From a candidate division WOR-3 bacterium (GTDB lineage Bacteria; Hydrothermota; UBA3072; B12-G15): 14,278 nt of DNA. How positions within the stretch are numbered: position 1 is the first letter of the stretch; the number at the start of each line of letters is the position of its first letter. Positions 9,725-14,278 of this stretch are shown piece after piece. The DNA lies in NCBI GenBank assembly GCA_965649055.1, contig CBFGJG010000047.1:1-14278 (forward strand), given 5' to 3'. The position numbers and the translations under genes are program-made. The notes beneath the pieces are model-generated. The model was not told the DNA's origin. It made no database searches and saw only the letters and a program-made list of their open reading frames with translations.

Positions 9725-10786
9725 ATGGAATCACTTGAAAAATTATTATTAAAACTTTCTATTGCACAAATTGATTATAACATATTAAGAGAAATCCTTC
9801 TGAATAAAGAGATGAGTGATATTTTATCACTTAATATTGATGAAATAAAAGATAAAATTGGGAAAGAACAGGAAAAGATAAAAAAACTTGAAGAAGAAAA
9901 GATAGAGAGAATTTATGATAAATTAAAAAATGATGGAGTAAGTATTGTATGCCTTGGACACGAAGATTATCCTAAAAATTTGTCAATCATTCCAAATCCT
10001 CCTCCAATACTCTATATAAAAGGTAAAATTAAAGAAGAAGATAATAATGCAATAGGTATTGTTGGAACAAGGAAACCAACAGAATATGGAAGAATTGTTG
10101 CTTATGATTTTGCAAAAAAACTTATAGACCACAACTTGACAATCATTAGCGGACTTGCTATTGGTATTGATACTGCTGCACATTTAGGTGCAATAGAAAA
10201 TGGTGGTAGAACAATTGGTGTTATTGGTTGCGGAATAGATGTAGTGTATCCAAGAACAAATAGAAAACTTTTTGAAATGGTAAAAGAGAACGGTGCTATC
10301 ATATCCGAATTTCCTCCTGGAACACAACCCTTAAGTTTTAATTTCCCTTTAAGAAACAGGATAATAAGTGGCCTTTCAAAAGCAATCATTGCTGTCCAGG
10401 CAACTTCAAAAAGCGGTGTATTTTCAACAGTAAAATGGGCAACTGATTTTGGGAGGGAAGTTTTTGCCGTTCCAGGAAATATAAATGTTCCACAGAGTGA
10501 AGGAACAAACAGATTATTAAAGATGGGCGCAAATGTAATAACTGATATAAACGACATCCTCTCATTTTTTGGTATAGAAGAAAAGAAGTTTGAAGAATTA
10601 TTAGATTTACCAGAAGATGAAAAGAAGATATTTGATATTCTTTCAGATGAGCCATTATCTATTGAGATTATTTCTGGAATTGTTGGTTTTACACTCCAGC
10701 ATACCTCTTCTTCCCTGCTTCTTCTTGAATTAAAAGGGTATGCTAAGGATGTTGGTGGGAAGAAATATGTTAAAAACAAATTATGA
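9725..10786 (+). CDS. dprA: DNA-processing protein DprA
   Basis: YPKNL...PPPILYIKG, IVGTRKPTEYG, IISGLAIGIDTAAH, SEFPPG, FPLRNRIISGLS, GREVFAVPG; C-terminal winged helix LLLELKG. Confidence 0.96.
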   Translation: MESLEKLLLKLSIAQIDYNILREILLNKEMSDILSLNIDEIKDKIGKEQEKIKKLEEEKIERIYDKLKNDGVSIVCLGHEDYPKNLSIIPNPPPILYIKGKIKEEDNNAIGIVGTRKPTEYGRIVAYDFAKKLIDHNLTIISGLAIGIDTAAHLGAIENGGRTIGVIGCGIDVVYPRTNRKLFEMVKENGAIISEFPPGTQPLSFNFPLRNRIISGLSKAIIAVQATSKSGVFSTVKWATDFGREVFAVPGNINVPQSEGTNRLLKMGANVITDINDILSFFGIEEKKFEELLDLPEDEKKIFDILSDEPLSIEIISGIVGFTLQHTSSSLLLLELKGYAKDVGGKKYVKNKL

Positions 10787-11454
10787 TTGGTGTTATTGAT
10801 ATCGGAAATACATTAATTCATTGTTGTTATACAAAAGGTGAAAGAATAATACAAAGAAAGGACTTTGAAGAAACGAATGAAGTGGAAGAATTTTTCTTAA
10901 ATATTGAAAATATAATTGTTATATCTAACTCTGAAGAAAAAAGGGAAAAAATAAAATTGGTTCTTAAGAATAAGAAAGTCTATAATTTCCCAATAGAAAA
11001 AATAGAAAGAGATTATTCTGGCAGGGTTGGTGAAGATAGGATTGCCTCTGCCTTCTATATAAAAGAAAAAAGGCTTTACCCCGCTATTGTCCTTGATGCG
11101 GGAACCGCAATAACAATTGATTTTATAAACGAAAATGGAATCTTCTCGGGTGGCTCAATACTACCCGGAATAAATGTATATTTAAAATCATATGAAAAAA
11201 TAAGTTCACTAAATCTTAAAATTGATGAATTTAAAATTAACAGGAATCCGGGTAAAAATACCAAGGATTGCATTTATTCAGGGTTATATATTTACATAAG
11301 GGGTATAAAAGATTATATAAAAAATGAAAAAAAATCTAAGAAGGTTTTCCTAACAGGTGGAGATGCGGATTTATTTAAAGAAAAAGGCTGGAAAATAGAC
11401 AAAAACCTTGTTCTAAAAGGCGGTATTTATGCGTTTCATAAGTTCTTCACCTGA
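10783..11454 (+). CDS. coaX: Type III pantothenate kinase
   Basis: IDIGNT, GEDR, DAGTAITID, GGSILPG, LTGGDA, LVLKG. Confidence 0.93.
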   Translation: MIGVIDIGNTLIHCCYTKGERIIQRKDFEETNEVEEFFLNIENIIVISNSEEKREKIKLVLKNKKVYNFPIEKIERDYSGRVGEDRIASAFYIKEKRLYPAIVLDAGTAITIDFINENGIFSGGSILPGINVYLKSYEKISSLNLKIDEFKINRNPGKNTKDCIYSGLYIYIRGIKDYIKNEKKSKKVFLTGGDADLFKEKGWKIDKNLVLKGGIYAFHKFFT

Positions 11455-11839
11455 AGAAACAGAAAAAATCGGATTTAAACTTTCAAAAAAAATTGATAAA
11501 GAAACAATCATTCTGCTTATTGGTGATTTGGGCTCAGGTAAGACAACATTTATAAAAGGGCTTGCGAGGGGAATTAAGGTTAAAGAAAATGTATCAAGTC
11601 CATCATTTGTAATAATGAATATATACAATGGAAAAATAAAATTATTTCATTTGGATTTATACAGAATTAACAGTTTAAAAGAGATTGAATTTATTTATGA
11701 TTTTTTAAGAGAAGGAATAATTGTTGTTGAGTGGGGTGAAAAAATAAGGGATGTAATAGGTAAAAAAAGAATAGAAGTTAATTTTAAAATAATCTCGGAT
11801 AATAAAAGGGAAATAATTATAGATGATTTTAGGGATTGA
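11429..11839 (+). CDS. tsaE: tRNA threonylcarbamoyladenosine biosynthesis ATPase TsaE
   Basis: GDLGSGKTTF, SSPSF, HLDLYRI, VEWG. Confidence 0.96.
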   Translation: MRFISSSPEETEKIGFKLSKKIDKETIILLIGDLGSGKTTFIKGLARGIKVKENVSSPSFVIMNIYNGKIKLFHLDLYRINSLKEIEFIYDFLREGIIVVEWGEKIRDVIGKKRIEVNFKIISDNKREIIIDDFRD

Positions 11840-12860
11840 TTCATCAAGATTAAAAGGGGAAATTACGATCAGTGATAAAAAATATTACGAAACAATCAAA
11901 CTCGACTGGACCGAAGATATTCCGTTGATACTTAAAGAGAAGAAGATATCTTTAGAAAATTTAAATACAATGGCAATTGCAATAGGACCAGGTTCTTTTA
12001 CAGGTTTAAGAATTGGTCTTGCGATAGCAAAAGGATTATCTTACAGAAGCAATATTCCTGTTTTTGGAATAAAAACATTTGATGCTATGATAGTAAATTT
12101 AAAAGATGGAATTTACATACCCTTACTATATGCGAAGACAGACTATGTATACTCTGCTATTATAAAAAAAGAAAAAAATAAAATTTTAAGAATAAAGAAA
12201 GACGATGTTTACCGAATAGTAGAAGTAAAAGAATGGGAAGGAATAAGGATAGGAGAACCTATAAAAGAAATAAAGAATGTCAAGGAAGATTTTAGTATTT
12301 CTCAGGGTCTGATCAAGATCGTTCAAATGATTGAAGAAAAAAAATATAGTGATTATATAATTAATCCATTAGAACCAATGTATCTTTCCCTTGCAGAAGC
12401 TGAAATAAAACGTTCTTCTCTTAATTTAAAATATGATAAGATTAAAACTTTAGATTTACCAGAGATAATAGAGATTGAAAATGACTCATTTTCTGCCCCT
12501 TGGGATATTTATTCTTTCAGATATGTTATTTCTCATAAGGAATGCTATTCTATGAAAGCAGTTATCGGTGATACAATTGTTGGATATATTATTGGTTGTT
12601 TTGAAAGTAAAAAATTTCATCTAATGAACCTGGCTGTTCGTAAGAATTCTCGTAGAAAAGGTATAGGTAAAAACCTTATTTTTAAGATGATTAAGGATAT
12701 TGAAAAGACTGATGCAAAAGAAATATATCTTGAAGTCAGGATAACAAACGAACCTGCAATAAATCTTTATAAATTAATGGGGTTTAAAATAGAAAGAATT
12801 GAAAGAAACTATTATGAAAACGGCGAAGATGCCGTTATTATGTCTTTAGGAATAAAGTAA
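11823..12860 (+). CDS. tsaB: TsaB-RimI fusion (t6A complex subunit TsaB plus ribosomal-protein N-acetyltransferase)
   Basis: N-terminal half MILGIDSS, GPGSFTGLRIG, PLEPMYL (TsaB); C-terminal half IENDSFSAPW, NLAV...RRKGIG, YLEVRITNEPAINLYKLMGF, RNYYENGEDA (RimI); one uninterrupted frame. Confidence 0.92.
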   Translation: MILGIDSSRLKGEITISDKKYYETIKLDWTEDIPLILKEKKISLENLNTMAIAIGPGSFTGLRIGLAIAKGLSYRSNIPVFGIKTFDAMIVNLKDGIYIPLLYAKTDYVYSAIIKKEKNKILRIKKDDVYRIVEVKEWEGIRIGEPIKEIKNVKEDFSISQGLIKIVQMIEEKKYSDYIINPLEPMYLSLAEAEIKRSSLNLKYDKIKTLDLPEIIEIENDSFSAPWDIYSFRYVISHKECYSMKAVIGDTIVGYIIGCFESKKFHLMNLAVRKNSRRKGIGKNLIFKMIKDIEKTDAKEIYLEVRITNEPAINLYKLMGFKIERIERNYYENGEDAVIMSLGIK

Positions 12861-12861
12861 T

Positions 12862-14100
12862 CTAAAAAAGTGTGTGCACGAAAAGCCCGCTTCTCAGTTT
12901 AGGCTCAAACCATGTCGATTTTGGTGGCATAAACTTTCCCTCACCTGAAACCCTCATCAAATCATCTATAGTTGTGGGATACATTGAAAATGCAACTTTA
13001 TACTCTCCAGAATCAACAAGACGCTGTAGTTCTTTTACACCCTTTATACCACCAACAAAATAAATCCTTTTGTCTTTTCTTGGATTTTCAATTCCAAGCA
13101 TTTTACTTAATACATTATTCTGTAATATTGAGACATCAAGTGAACCAACAGCATCCTCAGGTATAATTGTTTCTTTTGACTTTAACAGATACCATTTACC
13201 TTCAAGATACATTCCAAATGTATGTTTTTGAACAGGTTCAACAGGTTCTAACCTATTTTCTAATTCAAAATTCTCTTTAAGTTTTTTTAAGAACTCCTCG
13301 GATGTTTTTCCAAATAAATCTTTCACAACTCTGTTGTAAGGAAGAATCTTCATTTCGTTATGTGGAAAGATTACAGAAAGGAAGAAATTGTATTCCTCTT
13401 CACCTGTATGGTTTTGATTCTTTGATTTTAGTATATTTTTGAGCCTAACTGCTGCTGCTGAACGATGATGGCCATCAGCCACATAAATGGTTTCTATCTT
13501 CTTAAACTCATCTTCTATATTCTGTATGGCATTTTTATCCTTTACAACCCATAGAATATGTCTTATTCCGTCATCCGTTGAAAAATCATATTCAGGTTGA
13601 GAATTTGTGATATCATTTACAATTTTATTTATCTCGTCCCTTTTTATATAAGTTAGAAAAACAGGTTCATCATGAGCGTTTAATACCTCAATATGTTTTG
13701 TCCTATCATTCTCTTTGTCTTCCCTTGTCTGTTCATGTTTTTTTATTATATCTTTCTCATAATCTTCACAGGAAGCACAGGCAACTATTCCTGTCTGGAT
13801 ATGTGAACCCCATATTTGTCTATATATATAAAAATAAGGTTCAGGGTCTTGAATAAGAATTCCATCCTTTATGAATTTTTGAAGATTTTCTTTACCTTTA
13901 AGATAAACCTTTTCATCATAAATATCAATATCAAATGGCAAATCTATCTCGGGTTTTGAGATATGCAAATATGAATAAGGATTGCCTTTAGCCATTTCAT
14001 AAGCATCTTCCCTTTCAAGAACATCATAAGGTGGTGCTGCTACCAATCTTACTAAATCTTTCTTTGGTCTATATCCTTTAAATGGTTTTATCACTGCCAT
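12862..14100 (-). CDS. DUF1015 family protein (ParB/Srx-like ADGHHR motif)
   Basis: APPYDV, IKKHEQTR...DR, YVADGHHRSAAA, MPPKSTWFEPKLRSGL; start moved from 14112 to the ATG at 14100 (MAVIKPF, 412 aa), which has GGAGG 5 nt upstream. Confidence 0.92.
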   Translation of the reverse strand: MAVIKPFKGYRPKKDLVRLVAAPPYDVLEREDAYEMAKGNPYSYLHISKPEIDLPFDIDIYDEKVYLKGKENLQKFIKDGILIQDPEPYFYIYRQIWGSHIQTGIVACASCEDYEKDIIKKHEQTREDKENDRTKHIEVLNAHDEPVFLTYIKRDEINKIVNDITNSQPEYDFSTDDGIRHILWVVKDKNAIQNIEDEFKKIETIYVADGHHRSAAAVRLKNILKSKNQNHTGEEEYNFFLSVIFPHNEMKILPYNRVVKDLFGKTSEEFLKKLKENFELENRLEPVEPVQKHTFGMYLEGKWYLLKSKETIIPEDAVGSLDVSILQNNVLSKMLGIENPRKDKRIYFVGGIKGVKELQRLVDSGEYKVAFSMYPTTIDDLMRVSGEGKFMPPKSTWFEPKLRSGLFVHTLF

Positions 14101-14120
14101 TATAACCTCCATTTTTTAAA

Positions 14121-14148
14121 ACTATATAAAATTTTTAAAAAAAATCAA
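14121..14148 (-). promoter_or_regulatory. Putative sigma70 promoter of the DUF1015 gene
   Basis: Minus strand TTGATT (14148-14143), 16 bp spacer, TATAGT (14126-14121). Confidence 0.6.
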
Positions 14149-14166
14149 GGAATTTATATTTTTTGA

Positions 14167-14206
14167 TGGAAAAGTTCATGCACATGGTGGTACAGTTAAG
14201 ATAGTG
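14167..14206 (-). repeat. Dispersed intergenic repeat, copy C, inverted relative to A and B
   Basis: Minus strand CACTATCTTAACTGTACCACCATGTGCATGAACTTTTCCA; 24/25 match to copy B core. Confidence 0.9.
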
Positions 14207-14229
14207 AAGATAGGGGTTATGAATGAAGA

Positions 14230-14257
14230 GAGGATTGCCCTGGGGAGGGCAATCCTC
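14230..14257. terminator. Perfect 12-bp GC-rich hairpin, probable intrinsic terminator of a minus-strand gene beyond the window
   Basis: GAGGATTGCCCT-GGGG-AGGGCAATCCTC; followed on the minus strand only by a weak tract TCTTCATT. Confidence 0.55.
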
Positions 14258-14278
14258 AAAGGAGTTGCAAAAACCAAT

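Noticed and set aside
10102..10779. 225-aa minus-strand ORF, and other antisense ORFs such as 234-473, 837-1313, 5376-5663, 7749-8102, 9214-9684 and 12872-13166
   Set aside because: All lie opposite well-supported genes, have shadow-type composition and show no family motifs
14101..14112. ORF-track start at 14112 (MEVI...) for DUF1015
   Set aside because: These codons contain the GGAGG Shine-Dalgarno of the ATG at 14100
14165..14278. Open plus-strand frame DGKVHAHGGTVKI..., resembling a histidine-kinase HGG motif, with a possible ATG at 14219
   Set aside because: No upstream start, no other kinase motifs, runs through the repeat and hairpin, and is truncated by the window edge

Overview
Strongly AT-rich bacterial chromosome segment, probably from a diderm because it encodes predicted outer-membrane beta-barrels; taxonomy cannot be fixed from sequence alone. 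It has four parts. (1) 103-2464 (-): GNAT/YoaP-like acetyltransferase, AlkD-like DNA alkylation repair protein, DUF2378/H-NOX-like protein and a doubtful small membrane ORF. (2) 2985-6141 (+): an uncharacterised three-gene envelope cassette behind a perfect sigma70 promoter, encoding a beta-propeller + zinc ribbon + beta-barrel protein, an exported membrane-anchored double zinc-ribbon protein and a paralogous stand-alone beta-barrel. (3) 6188-12860 (+): a tightly overlapping nine-gene housekeeping operon, rsmD-coaD-aminotransferase-obgE-HEAT protein-dprA-coaX-tsaE-tsaB/rimI fusion, apparently starting on a leaderless mRNA. (4) A convergent DUF1015 gene. The most notable unexplained signals are the zinc-ribbon/beta-barrel cassette and a 25-45 bp non-coding repeat found once in each of the three large intergenic regions (76-101, 2887-2921, 14167-14206). 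Two copies of that repeat end 18-19 bp upstream of a -35 box. No rRNA, tRNA, CRISPR array, transposase or integrase was seen. Family assignments come from motif recognition, not database searches.
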